Below the pieces are notes generated by a model, which searched no databases, was not told the origin of the DNA, and saw only the letters and a program-made list of their open reading frames with translations. The position numbers and the translations under genes were made by a program. From an uncultured Coriobacteriaceae bacterium (GTDB lineage Bacteria > Actinomycetota > Coriobacteriia > Coriobacteriales > Atopobiaceae), in NCBI GenBank assembly GCA_902782635.1, contig CACZNT010000058.1, forward strand, positions 4,173-28,172: a DNA stretch of 24,000 nucleotides, written 5' to 3'. Each line of letters begins with the position of its first letter. Positions within the stretch are counted from its first letter, which is position 1. This document shows, piece by piece, positions 1 to 8,564 of this stretch.

Positions 1-1
1 C

Positions 2-568
2 CTGGCCGCCGCCGACATCCTCGGCATTAACCGCATGCAGGCGGCAGACGCCCTCGCCACCGCGCGGGTCCCGGGGCGCATGGAGATCGTCGCGGCGTCC
101 ACCGAGCAGGTGGTGGGCATCGTCGACTACGCGCACAACAAGCTCTCCTTCCAGCGCTTCTTCTCCTCGATGGCGAAGGAATTCCCGGGCAGGCAGCTGA
201 TCGCCGTGTTCGGCGCGGCGGGCGACAAGGCCAAGGAGCGCCGCGTGGAGCTGCCGCAGGAGGCCGCCAAGTGGTGCGACCTCCTCATCTACACCGAGGA
301 GGACCCCGCCCACGAGCGCGTGGCCGACATCTGCGCCGAGATGGCGGCGGCCACGCCCGAAGGCCAGGACTACCTCGTCATCGAGGATCGCGAGAAGGCC
401 ATCGAGCACGCCGTCGACGTGGCCATCGAGAGTGGCAAGCCCAGCCTGGTGTGCCTGCTCGCCAAGGGCGACGAGACGCGCCAGCACGTGGGCGACGAGT
501 ACCCCGAGATGGTGCCCGACGGTGACGTGTTCACCCGCGCGATGTACCGTCACCTGACGAAGGAATAG
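2..568 (+). CDS. Mur ligase family protein, C-terminal part (MurE-like UDP-MurNAc-tripeptide synthetase); 5' end lies outside the window
   Basis: The frame of ORF 35..568 stays open back to base 2 (LAAADILGINR...). VPGRMEIV, VDYAHN, FGAAGDKAKERR, YTEEDP, DREKAIEHAV and LAKGDE match the C-terminal domain pattern of Mur ligases. Confidence 0.75.
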   Translation: MAAADILGINRMQAADALATARVPGRMEIVAASTEQVVGIVDYAHNKLSFQRFFSSMAKEFPGRQLIAVFGAAGDKAKERRVELPQEAAKWCDLLIYTEEDPAHERVADICAEMAAATPEGQDYLVIEDREKAIEHAVDVAIESGKPSLVCLLAKGDETRQHVGDEYPEMVPDGDVFTRAMYRHLTKE

Positions 569-602
569 CGCCGCCTGTCCGGGCGCCGACGAGAGGAGAA
601 CC

Positions 603-1517
603 ATGTCCTGGCAGACCTTCCCCGAGCGCCCGACGGGCGAGCTGGCCGAGCGACTGCGCAACATCAAGTACGTCTTCTCCGATGCCGACGGCACCATGCT
701 CACCGGCGCCAAGGCCACCGTGCGCTCCGACGGCACGCCCTCGGCCGAGCTCGTGCAGGTGCTCGTGGAGCTGCAGCAGGCCGGCGTGCAGGTGGTCCCC
801 ACCTCGGGGCGCAACCGCTCGATGCTCTTCGAGGACGCGCGCATCCTGGGGCTTCCCGGCTGGATCGCCGAGATGGGCGGGCTGCTGTGCACGCGGCAGT
901 CGAGCCAGCCCGAGTGGTGCTACTTCACCGGCGAGATGGAGTACGACCCGGCCTCCGTGCGCACGCCGCACGACTGGATCTGCGAGACCGGCGTCATCGA
1001 CGAGATCCTCGAGCACTGGCCGGGTGACATCGAGACCTATCACGACAACTACGTGGGGTTCGAGTATCGCGAGGTGACGGTGGCGATGCGCGGGCGCGTG
1101 CCGGACGACGAGATCCAGCAGGTGCTCGACTCCTTCCCGCTGCCGCTCTACGTGGCCGACAACGGGTATGTGAGCAAGATGAACGGGTCGACGACGATGG
1201 TCGACGTCGACATGGACCATCCCCAGGGCGTCCACACCTACCACATCATGCCGCGCGGCCTCACCAAGGGAACGGGCATCGCCGAGTACATGCGCCTCAA
1301 GGGCTGGAACCGCGACGAAGTGCTGGGCGCCGGCGACTCCCCCGCCGACTGCGAGATCGCCGAGGCATGCGGCCTTTTCCTCTTCATGAGCAACGGGCTC
1401 TCGCATCCCATGGCCGAGGTCGAGCTCGCGCGCTACGACAACGCCGTGGTGTCGCGCCTGCCGTCGACGGACGGCTGGGTGGAGGCGATGCGCGCCCTCC
1501 TCACCTGTAAGGAGTGA
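603..1517 (+). CDS. HAD-superfamily hydrolase, Cof/HAD-IIB type; substrate unknown
   Basis: ATG at 603 follows the RBS GAGAGGAGAACC. HAD motif I FSDADGTML sits near the N-terminus and motif IV GAGDSPADCE near the C-terminus. High GC3. Confidence 0.8.
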   Translation: MSWQTFPERPTGELAERLRNIKYVFSDADGTMLTGAKATVRSDGTPSAELVQVLVELQQAGVQVVPTSGRNRSMLFEDARILGLPGWIAEMGGLLCTRQSSQPEWCYFTGEMEYDPASVRTPHDWICETGVIDEILEHWPGDIETYHDNYVGFEYREVTVAMRGRVPDDEIQQVLDSFPLPLYVADNGYVSKMNGSTTMVDVDMDHPQGVHTYHIMPRGLTKGTGIAEYMRLKGWNRDEVLGAGDSPADCEIAEACGLFLFMSNGLSHPMAEVELARYDNAVVSRLPSTDGWVEAMRALLTCKE

Positions 1518-1521
1518 CTGC

Positions 1522-1687
1522 CATGAGACAAGGGGACAGGTAGCTTGTCTCAGGTGTCATCCTGAGCGAGCGAAGCGAGTCGAAGGATCCCCGCGGTAAA
1601 GGGCGAGGTCCTTCGACTACGCGCCTTCGGCGCTCCGCTCAGGACGACACCTGACATGAGACAAGCTACCTGTCCCCAAAGTGTCAT
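1522..1687. repeat. ~166-bp long imperfect inverted repeat (MITE/REP-like) between convergent gene ends; possible bidirectional terminator
   Basis: The left arm catgagacaaggggacaggtagcttgtctcaggtgtcatcctgagcg pairs with the right arm cgctcaggacgacacctgacatgagacaagctacctgtcccc, with a small indel and a few mismatches. The inner stem is gtcgaaggatc/gtccttcgac. It shares the GGGGAC and TGTCA motifs of the repeat family seen at 12591, 13935, 16871 and 19556. Confidence 0.8.
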
Positions 1688-1697
1688 ATTCCCAGGA

Positions 1698-3020
1698 TCA
1701 GTAGCGGTCGATGCCGGAGGAGGAGACGCGGGCGAAGAAGTGCGGCAGCTCGGCCGGCTTCTCATCGCGGATCTCGTAGGCGCTGGCCAGCAGGCGCTCA
1801 CCCTCGTCGAGATGGTCCTCGTCGGCAGCATATATGCGCGCCAGGGTCTCCCCCACCTCCACGCGGTCACCCGTCTTGCGCTCGAGCACGATGCCGGCCG
1901 CGTAGTCGATGCCGTCCTCCTTGCGGATGCGCCCACCGCCCAGAGCTACGCTCGCGATGCCGCAGCGCTCGGTGTTCATCGAGAACACGCGCCCGGAGCG
2001 GGCACTGCGCACCTCGCGCATGAGCCCCGGCTGCGGCAGCAGCGAGAAGTCCTCCAGCGAATGTGGGTTGCCGCCCTGGGCCTCCACCATCTGGAGGAGC
2101 TTCGCGAGGCCCTCGCCGTTTTCGATCTGACGCTCGGCCAGCGAACGGCACGCCACCAGATCCCCTTTGCCGGCCAGGCTCAGCATGTTCGCGGCCAGCT
2201 CGACGCACACGGCCGTGAGGTCCTCGGCTCCCCTGCCCTCGAGCACGCGCACGGCCTCCACGACCTCGAGCGCGTTGCCGATGGCCTTGCCGAGGGGGCG
2301 GTCCATGTCGGTGATAAGGGCGACGGTGGTGCGACCCACCTCCTCGCCGATCGACACCATCGCCTTCGCCAGCTCGATGGCCTGCTCGGGCGTCTTCATG
2401 AAGGCACCGCTGCCGCACTTCACGTCCAGAAGTATGGCGTCGGCGCCGGCGGCGATCTTCTTGCTCATGATGGAGCTCGCGATGAGCGGGATCGAGTCGA
2501 TCGTGGCCGTCACATCGCGCAGCGCGTAGAGCTGCTTGTCGGCCGGGCAGAGGTTGCCCGTCTGGCCGATGACGGCGCAGCCAACGGTGTTCACCACCTC
2601 GAAGAAGCGCTCGCGGTCGAGCGCCGTCGAGAAGCCGGGGATGGCCTCGAGCTTGTCGAGGGTCCCACCGGTGTGTCCCAGCCCGCGCCCGCTCATCTTG
2701 GCCACCGGCACCCCCAGCGACGCCACCAGCGGCGCCACGACGAGCGTGGTCTTGTCGCCCACGCCGCCCGTCGAGTGCTTGTCCACCTTGATGCCGGGTA
2801 TGGGCGAGAGGTCGACCTGATCTCCCGAGGCGGCCATCGCCAGCGTGAGCGTCGCCGTCTCGTGGGCGTTCATGCCGTTGAGGTAGATGGCCATGCAGAG
2901 GGCCGCGGCCTGGTAGTCGGGGATCTCGCCCGTGGCAACGCCCTCCACGAAGAAGCGGATCTCCTCGTCGGAGAGGACGGCGCCGTCGCGCTTGGCCTCG
3001 ATGACGTCGAACATCCTCAT
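1698..3020 (-). CDS. pdp: pyrimidine-nucleoside (thymidine) phosphorylase
   Basis: Start re-derived to MRMFDVIEAKRDG (ATG = complement of 3018-3020), 6 nt after the cdd stop. The KHSTGGVGDKTT phosphate-binding motif is present. 440 aa is typical of the family. The 110-codon upstream extension of the track ORF is R/G/P-rich junk overlapping cdd. Confidence 0.93.
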   Translation of the reverse strand: MRMFDVIEAKRDGAVLSDEEIRFFVEGVATGEIPDYQAAALCMAIYLNGMNAHETATLTLAMAASGDQVDLSPIPGIKVDKHSTGGVGDKTTLVVAPLVASLGVPVAKMSGRGLGHTGGTLDKLEAIPGFSTALDRERFFEVVNTVGCAVIGQTGNLCPADKQLYALRDVTATIDSIPLIASSIMSKKIAAGADAILLDVKCGSGAFMKTPEQAIELAKAMVSIGEEVGRTTVALITDMDRPLGKAIGNALEVVEAVRVLEGRGAEDLTAVCVELAANMLSLAGKGDLVACRSLAERQIENGEGLAKLLQMVEAQGGNPHSLEDFSLLPQPGLMREVRSARSGRVFSMNTERCGIASVALGGGRIRKEDGIDYAAGIVLERKTGDRVEVGETLARIYAADEDHLDEGERLLASAYEIRDEKPAELPHFFARVSSSGIDRY

Positions 3021-3025
3021 GGCGC

Positions 3026-3460
3026 TCACGCTCCCTGGGGCGCGGCGAAGCCCAGGTCCTCGGGGCCGAAGCTCTCCGGCAGGATGTCGCGCAGCAGGTA
3101 GGGCTTGGGCTCGAGCACGGAGTCGCCCAGGATGACGCGGAAGCTGTCCTTGTCGCAGAACTCGCGCATCACCTGGCGGCACACGCCGCAGGGAGCGCAG
3201 TAGCCGCGCGTGGGCTGGCCCTCCGGACCTCCCACCACGGCGATGGCGGCGAAGGTGGTGGCTCCCTCGGAGATGGCCTTGAAGAAGGCCGTGCGCTCGG
3301 CACAATTCGAGGGCGTGTAGGCCGCGTTCTCGATGTTGCAGCCCTGCCACACGCGCCCCTCGTCATCGAGCAGCGCCGCCCCCACCGACCAGTGCGAATA
3401 GGGTACGTAGGCCCGCTCGCGCGCCTCGAGCGCCAAGGCCACCAGTTCGGAATCGTTCAT
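3026..3460 (-). CDS. cdd: cytidine deaminase
   Basis: 144 aa. Zinc-ligand motifs CAERTAFFKAI and PCGVCRQVMREF. RBS GTAAGGAGACGAG lies before the ATG at 3460. Confidence 0.93.
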   Translation of the reverse strand: MNDSELVALALEARERAYVPYSHWSVGAALLDDEGRVWQGCNIENAAYTPSNCAERTAFFKAISEGATTFAAIAVVGGPEGQPTRGYCAPCGVCRQVMREFCDKDSFRVILGDSVLEPKPYLLRDILPESFGPEDLGFAAPQGA

Positions 3461-3485
3461 CTCGTCTCCTTACTCGAAAAGCGCA

Positions 3486-3511
3486 CGGGGCAGCCGCGAG
3501 CAGCTGCCCCG
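3486..3511 (-). terminator. GC-rich hairpin between the last permease gene and cdd (partial terminator or mRNA-processing/stabilising stem)
   Basis: On the minus strand CGGGGCAGC-tgctcgcg-GCTGCCCCG forms a 9-bp stem, followed by TGCGCTTTTCG. There are only ~25 nt to the cdd RBS, so there is no room for a separate promoter. Confidence 0.35.
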
Positions 3512-3536
3512 ATTGGTGCGTTCGCGCGTGCCGTCT

Positions 3537-4454
3537 CTACCTGCTGCCCTTTATGTAGGGCACGCCATCGGCCTTGGGCGCCACCGAACGTCCCACGAAG
3601 AGCAGCAGCACGACGATGGTCATGGCGTAGGGCAGCATGGCCAGGATCTGGCTGGGGATGGGGACCACGCCGCCGCCCAGGATGACGGTGAGCGCCTTGG
3701 TGAGGCCGAACAGCAGGCAGGCCCCATAGGCGCCCTGCGGCGTCCACTTGCCGAAGATCACCGCGGCGAGCGCGATGAAGCCGTGGCCGGAGATGGCCGT
3801 CTGGGTGAACTGCGAGATGACGGCGATGGTCATCGACGCGCCGCCGAGGCCGGCGAAGGCCCCGGAGATGAGCACGCAGGCGATGCGCACCTTGTAAACG
3901 TCGATGCCCAGGGTGTCGGCAGCCGCCGGGTGCTCGCCCACGGCCCTCACGCGCAGGCCCCACTTGGTCTTGTAGAGCACGAACCACACGAGCACGGTGA
4001 GCACCAGCGCGAGCACCGTGGTCACGTTGAGGTTGAGGTTGGCGTAATCCGTGCCCGCGAGGCTGCCCTCGGGGAAGATCTTGGGCAGCTTGGTGGCGAT
4101 GGGGGTCATCGCCGCGCCCTCGAAGAGGCGCTGGCACATGAAGAGCGCGATGCCGGGTGCCAGCAGGTTGATGGCGACGCCGGAGACGGTTTGGTCGGCC
4201 GCGAATACGACCGAGGCGATCGCGTGGAGCGCGGCCACGGCAGCGCCCGCAAGCCCCGCCGCCACAAAGGCGAGCCAGGGATTGCCCGTGAAGTAGCTCG
4301 TGATGGCCGCGGTGACGGCGCCGATCACCATCATGCCCTCGATGCCGATGTTGGTGACGCCGGCGCACTCGGAGATCACGCCTCCCAGGGCGCCGTAGAT
4401 GAGCGGGGTGGAGTAGCTCAGGGTGATGCCTATGAGCAGGATGGCTGTCGTCAT
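3537..4454 (-). CDS. ABC transporter permease, BMP/nucleoside-type (YufQ/NupQ-like)
   Basis: Start re-derived to MTTAILLIGITLSYSTPLIYGALGG (ATG = complement of 4452-4454), 2 nt after the stop of the upstream permease. Polytopic hydrophobic protein of 305 aa. The 86 extra N-terminal codons in the track ORF overlap the upstream gene. Confidence 0.85.
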   Translation of the reverse strand: MTTAILLIGITLSYSTPLIYGALGGVISECAGVTNIGIEGMMVIGAVTAAITSYFTGNPWLAFVAAGLAGAAVAALHAIASVVFAADQTVSGVAINLLAPGIALFMCQRLFEGAAMTPIATKLPKIFPEGSLAGTDYANLNLNVTTVLALVLTVLVWFVLYKTKWGLRVRAVGEHPAAADTLGIDVYKVRIACVLISGAFAGLGGASMTIAVISQFTQTAISGHGFIALAAVIFGKWTPQGAYGACLLFGLTKALTVILGGGVVPIPSQILAMLPYAMTIVVLLLFVGRSVAPKADGVPYIKGSR

Positions 4455-4456
4455 GG

Positions 4457-5635
4457 CTAGGCCTCCTTTTCCGTCGAGGGCAAAGCCGTGCCGTCCTTGG
4501 TGTGGAGCAGGTCCTTCTCGCTCCGGTTGCGCTTGTCCAGCCAATCGGCGATGGCGTTGGTGATGCCGGGGAGCGCCGTGAAGAACACGATCGTGCCGAT
4601 CATGATGTTGATGATGTTGGAGGGCGCGCCCACCGTCTGCTGGATCGTCATGCCGCCGTAGATGAGCGAGGCAAACAGGATGCTCGACGGGATGCAGCCG
4701 ACGCAGGAGCATCCCGCGATGAAGGCCACCGAGAGGCCGTTGAAGCCATAGCCCTCCATCGCCGCCAGCGTCGCAATGGCATGCGGGGAGATGCCGGTGA
4801 TGTTGAGGGCGCCCGCAAGGCCGCAGATGCCGCCGGAGATGGCCATGCAGGTGACGAGGCCACGGTCGACATTGATGCCCGCGAAGCGCGCGGCGTCGCG
4901 GTTGTGGCCCACGGCGCGCAGCTCATAGCCCAACTTGGTGCGCGAGAGCAGGATGCCCGCGACGATGGCCACGATCACGGCGATGAGGAAGCCGAAGTTG
5001 ATGTCGGTGCGCAGCATGATCTCCTTGAGCCAGGGGACGTTGTCGAGCGCAGCCATGCCCGCCTCCGACTTCTTCCAATTGGGGAGGATCATCGTGAAGC
5101 CCGAGGGGTTGATGGGATAGGTGGTTCCCGAGTTTGGCTTGTGGAACAGGTCGGTCTGCACCACGAAGTTGCAGAGGTAGAGCATGATCCAGTTGGTCAT
5201 GATCGAGGTGATGACCTCGTGGATGCCGAAGCGGGCCTTGAGGAATCCGATGAAGGCGCCAAGCGCCACGCCGCCCAGGATTCCCGCGCCCAGCACCAGG
5301 GGAATCTGGATGATGGGCGGGAAGTTGAAGAGGTATCCCACGATGGTGGAGAGGATGGTGCCGAAGATGTACTGCCCCTCGGCGCCGATGTTGAAGAGCC
5401 CCGTCTGGAAGGCGAAGGAGACGCCCACACCCGTGAGCAGGATCGGCGTCGCTTTGATGAGGACGTTGACGATGTACTTGGGCTTGCCGAAGGAGCCCTG
5501 GAGCAGGGCCGCGAACGAGTCGATGGGAGAGTATCCCGCTGCAGCCAGCACCACCGACGCGACGGCGAATCCCACCAGGATTGCCGCGAGGGCGGAGGCG
5601 AGCGGCTTGCGAAGGATCTTGGTGAGGGCGCTCAC
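4457..5635 (-). CDS. ABC transporter permease, BMP/nucleoside-type (YufP/NupP-like)
   Basis: GTG start (complement of 5633-5635) is preceded by AGGAGGTG and overlaps the ATPase stop as GTGA. The protein is polytopic, beginning MSALTKILRKPLASALAAILVGF. Confidence 0.85.
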   Translation of the reverse strand: MSALTKILRKPLASALAAILVGFAVASVVLAAAGYSPIDSFAALLQGSFGKPKYIVNVLIKATPILLTGVGVSFAFQTGLFNIGAEGQYIFGTILSTIVGYLFNFPPIIQIPLVLGAGILGGVALGAFIGFLKARFGIHEVITSIMTNWIMLYLCNFVVQTDLFHKPNSGTTYPINPSGFTMILPNWKKSEAGMAALDNVPWLKEIMLRTDINFGFLIAVIVAIVAGILLSRTKLGYELRAVGHNRDAARFAGINVDRGLVTCMAISGGICGLAGALNITGISPHAIATLAAMEGYGFNGLSVAFIAGCSCVGCIPSSILFASLIYGGMTIQQTVGAPSNIINIMIGTIVFFTALPGITNAIADWLDKRNRSEKDLLHTKDGTALPSTEKEA

Positions 5636-7161
5636 TGCGCACCACCTCCTGCCATGAGCAGGCCAAGCTGCTCCTCATCGACCGTCCCCTGCTCGAAGGT
5701 GCCCACGATTTGGCCGTGGTAGATGACGGCGATGGTGTCCGAGACGTCCATCACCTCGTCGAGCTCGAAGGAGATGAGCAGCACCGCCGTTCCCTTGTCG
5801 CGGGCCTCGAGCAGCGCCTTGTGGACGAACTCGATGGCGCCGACGTCGAGGCCGCGCGTGGGCTGGAAGGCGATGAGGACGTCCGGCTCGCTCGAGACCT
5901 CGCGCGCGATGATCACCTTCTGCTGGTTGCCGCCGGAGAGGCCGCGCGCCGGCTGGGTCTCGCAGCCTGCCGGGCGGATGTCGAAGCGCTCGATGAGGCC
6001 GCGCGTGAAATCGTTGACCCTGGCGTAGTCGAGCATCACGCCGCTGCCGAAGGAATCCTCGCCATGGCGCTCGAGCACGGCGTTCTCCCCCACCGTGAAC
6101 GGCAGGACCAATCCCCAGCGATGGCGGTCGGAGGGAATCGTGGAGACGGAGTGCTCGATGGTGTTGCGCGGGGTGGTGTTCTGGATCTGGGCGCCCTTGA
6201 CCTCGATGGTGCCAGAGCTGCACCTCACCAGGTTGCAGATGGCGTCCACGAGCTCCTTCTGGCCATTGCCGTCGATGCCGGCAATGCCGACGATCTCGCC
6301 CGCGCGCACCTCGAGGTCGAGATTGCGCACCTGGTCGATCTCGCGCTCGTCGGGCACGGTGAGGCCCTTGATCGAGAGCACCACCTCGCCCGGCTCGGCC
6401 TTGGTCTTCTCGACGGTGAGGTTCACGTTGCGTCCCACCATGAGGCTCGCGAGCTCGGTCTCGGAGGTCTTCGACACGTCCACCGTGCCCATGTACTCGC
6501 CGCGCCGGATGATGGAGCACTCGTCGGCCGAGTTCATGATCTCCTTGAGCTTGTGGGTGATGATGATGATCGTCTTGCCCTTGGCCACCAGGTCGCGCAT
6601 GATCTCGACGAGCTTCTCGATCTCCTGCGGGGTGAGCACGGCCGTGGGCTCATCGAGGATGAGCGTGTCGGCGCCGCGGTAGAGGGCCTTCAGAATCTCG
6701 ACGCGCTGCTGCATGCCCACCGAGATGTCCTCGATCTTGGCGTCCGGATCAACCTCGAAGCCATACTCCTCGACGAGATGGGCCACCTCCTGGCGGGCCT
6801 TGCCCATGTCGAGGACGCCGGCGGCGCCGCACACCTCGTCGCCCAGGATGATGTTCTCGGTGACGGTGAAGTTCTCCACCAGCATGAAGTGCTGGTGGAC
6901 CATGCCGATGCCGAGCTTGATGGCGTCGGTTGGCGTCGCGATGTCCACCTTCTCGCCGCCGAGGTAGATGTCTCCCGCCTCGGCCTGGTACAGGCCGTAG
7001 AGAATGTTCATGAGCGTGGTCTTGCCCGCTCCGTTCTCGCCCAGAATGGCATGGACGCTCTGACGCTTGACATCGAGGTCGACGGCATTGAGCGCCGTGA
7101 ACGAGCCGAAGATCTTGGTGATGCCGTGCATCTGCACCGCATAATCTGGAGAGACCTCCAC
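5632..7161 (-). CDS. ABC transporter ATP-binding protein with two fused ATPase domains (nucleoside/simple-sugar type)
   Basis: Domain 1 has Walker A GENGAGKTT, signature SVGMQQRVEILKAL and Walker B LILDEPTA. Domain 2 has LSGGNQQKVIIAREV and FQPTRGLDVGA. Start chosen as the GTG at 7161 (VEVSPDYAVQMHGITKIF) because AAGGGAGGTG lies 5 nt upstream. The track start at 7242 has no RBS. Confidence 0.9.
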   Translation of the reverse strand: MEVSPDYAVQMHGITKIFGSFTALNAVDLDVKRQSVHAILGENGAGKTTLMNILYGLYQAEAGDIYLGGEKVDIATPTDAIKLGIGMVHQHFMLVENFTVTENIILGDEVCGAAGVLDMGKARQEVAHLVEEYGFEVDPDAKIEDISVGMQQRVEILKALYRGADTLILDEPTAVLTPQEIEKLVEIMRDLVAKGKTIIIITHKLKEIMNSADECSIIRRGEYMGTVDVSKTSETELASLMVGRNVNLTVEKTKAEPGEVVLSIKGLTVPDEREIDQVRNLDLEVRAGEIVGIAGIDGNGQKELVDAICNLVRCSSGTIEVKGAQIQNTTPRNTIEHSVSTIPSDRHRWGLVLPFTVGENAVLERHGEDSFGSGVMLDYARVNDFTRGLIERFDIRPAGCETQPARGLSGGNQQKVIIAREVSSEPDVLIAFQPTRGLDVGAIEFVHKALLEARDKGTAVLLISFELDEVMDVSDTIAVIYHGQIVGTFEQGTVDEEQLGLLMAGGGAQ

Positions 7162-7212
7162 GTGCCACCTCCCTTGCGTTCGTGACCTTGCCGCATAGAC
7201 CTTCTCATAATA

Positions 7213-7240
7213 GAGGAGCACCCCTTTCGAGGTGCCCCTC
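7213..7240 (-). terminator. intra-operon hairpin after the binding-protein gene (attenuating terminator or stabiliser)
   Basis: Minus strand GAGGGGCACC-tcgaaagg-GGTGCTCCTC forms a 10-bp stem with one G.U pair, followed by TATTATG. It lies between the lipoprotein stop (7288) and the ATPase start (7161), a common arrangement in ABC importer operons. Confidence 0.4.
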
Positions 7241-7287
7241 ATGGAAGACCCTATAGGCGCGCGGGCGCCAGTTTTAGGCGAGTGAGC

Positions 7288-8391
7288 CTAGAGACCTGCG
7301 ACGTAGGTCTTGAGCTCGTCGGCGCTCTTGGGAACGACGATCTCGCCCTCCTTGATCTTCTCGATGACCGCGAGGGCATCGTTGTAGATCTCGTCGGGGA
7401 GCAGGTCGTGCGTGGGAGCAATGCCCACGGCATCCTCGGCAGCGCCCAGGGTGATGTTTTCGCCGCCCTTGAGGTCGCCCTCGAGCAGGCCGGTGGAGAT
7501 GTTGATGATGGCCTGGTCGACGCGCTTGAGCGCCGAGGTGATCACGGTGTCGGGGGCGAGGAAGGACTGATCCTGGTCGACGCCGATGGCCCAGATGCCG
7601 GCCTCCTTGCAGGCCTCGATCATGCCAGCGCCAACGCCGCCGGCGGCGTGGTAGATGACATCGCAGCCATTGGCGATCTGCTTCTCGGCGGTGGACTTGC
7701 CCAGCGCCGCATCGGAGAAGGAGTCGGTCCACTGGCCCTCGTAGGTGACGGAGAGACCCTTCTCCTTGTTGGCGTACTCGATGCCGGCGTAGTAGCCCTG
7801 CTCGAACTGCTGCATGACCTCGGAGTCGATGCCGCCGATGAAGCCGACCTTGCCGGCCTTGCTCATGCGGGCTGCGATGTAGCCGACGGCGAAGGAGCAC
7901 TCCTCCTGCTTGAAGGCCACGCCCGTGAGGTTGGCGGGATTGTCGGCATAGGTGTTGTCGATGATGGCGAACTTCACATCCGGATAGGTCTCGGCGGCCT
8001 CGAGCATGGCATCGCCCATCAGGAAGCCAACGCCCCAGACGAGCTCGGAGCCATCGTCGACGGCCTTGTCGAGGTTGGTCTTGTAGTCGGAGTCCTGCTT
8101 GGACTCGAGGTAGGCCACGTCGTAGCCGTGCTCGCTGCCGAGCACCTGCATGCCGGCCCAGGAGAGCTCGTTGAACGACTGGTCGTTGACGCCGCCCACG
8201 TCGGTGACCATCTCGACCTTGTGGCCGGTGCCCGCATCGGCGCTGTCCCCGGCGTCGGCCTCGGTGTCAGCGGCGTCAGCGGCATCGTCGCTGGCAGCCG
8301 GAGCGCCACCGCAGCCGGCGAGAGCCGCCATGGCAGCGGTGCCCATCGAGAACGCGAACGCGCGACGGGTCATCTTGGTGTTCATTGGCAT
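7288..8391 (-). CDS. BMP-family (Med/PnrA/TmpC-like) ABC substrate-binding lipoprotein, probable nucleoside-binding
   Basis: RBS GGAAGGAG lies 9 nt before the ATG at 8391. The signal peptide carries the lipobox LAGC (MTRRAFAFSMGTAAMAALAGCGG), followed by a D/A-rich linker. BMP-family motifs VWGVGFLMGDA and WAIGVDQDQ are present. Confidence 0.9.
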   Translation of the reverse strand: MPMNTKMTRRAFAFSMGTAAMAALAGCGGAPAASDDAADAADTEADAGDSADAGTGHKVEMVTDVGGVNDQSFNELSWAGMQVLGSEHGYDVAYLESKQDSDYKTNLDKAVDDGSELVWGVGFLMGDAMLEAAETYPDVKFAIIDNTYADNPANLTGVAFKQEECSFAVGYIAARMSKAGKVGFIGGIDSEVMQQFEQGYYAGIEYANKEKGLSVTYEGQWTDSFSDAALGKSTAEKQIANGCDVIYHAAGGVGAGMIEACKEAGIWAIGVDQDQSFLAPDTVITSALKRVDQAIINISTGLLEGDLKGGENITLGAAEDAVGIAPTHDLLPDEIYNDALAVIEKIKEGEIVVPKSADELKTYVAGL

Positions 8392-8463
8392 ACCCTTTCT
8401 CTCCTTCCGGGTGGCCCATGCCCACCCGCCTCGGCGGCAAGCCGCCTTTTCAACAATAAGCAG

Positions 8464-8472
8464 ATTCTATCA
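8464..8472 (-). promoter_or_regulatory. candidate extended -10 box (TGATAGAAT) for the ABC importer operon
   Basis: The minus strand reads TGaTAGAAT. The same TGnTAGAAT form occurs upstream of mgtA (14011-14019) and TGcGATACT upstream of psuK. It lies ~70 nt upstream of the lipoprotein ATG. No convincing -35. Confidence 0.3.
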
Positions 8473-8564
8473 GCTAATCGCGCTGGGATGCCACCGCAGC
8501 GGCGAGCGCGACCTTTCTATCAGCTAATCGCGCTGGGATGCCACCGCAGTGGCGAGCGCGACCT
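8465..8564. repeat. perfect-phase tandem duplication, 2 x 50 bp, one mismatch; the second copy contains the last 13 codons and the stop of deoD
   Basis: 8465-8514 ttctatcagctaatcgcgctgggatgccaccgcagCggcgagcgcgacct is repeated at 8515-8564 with T at 8550. Confidence 0.95.
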
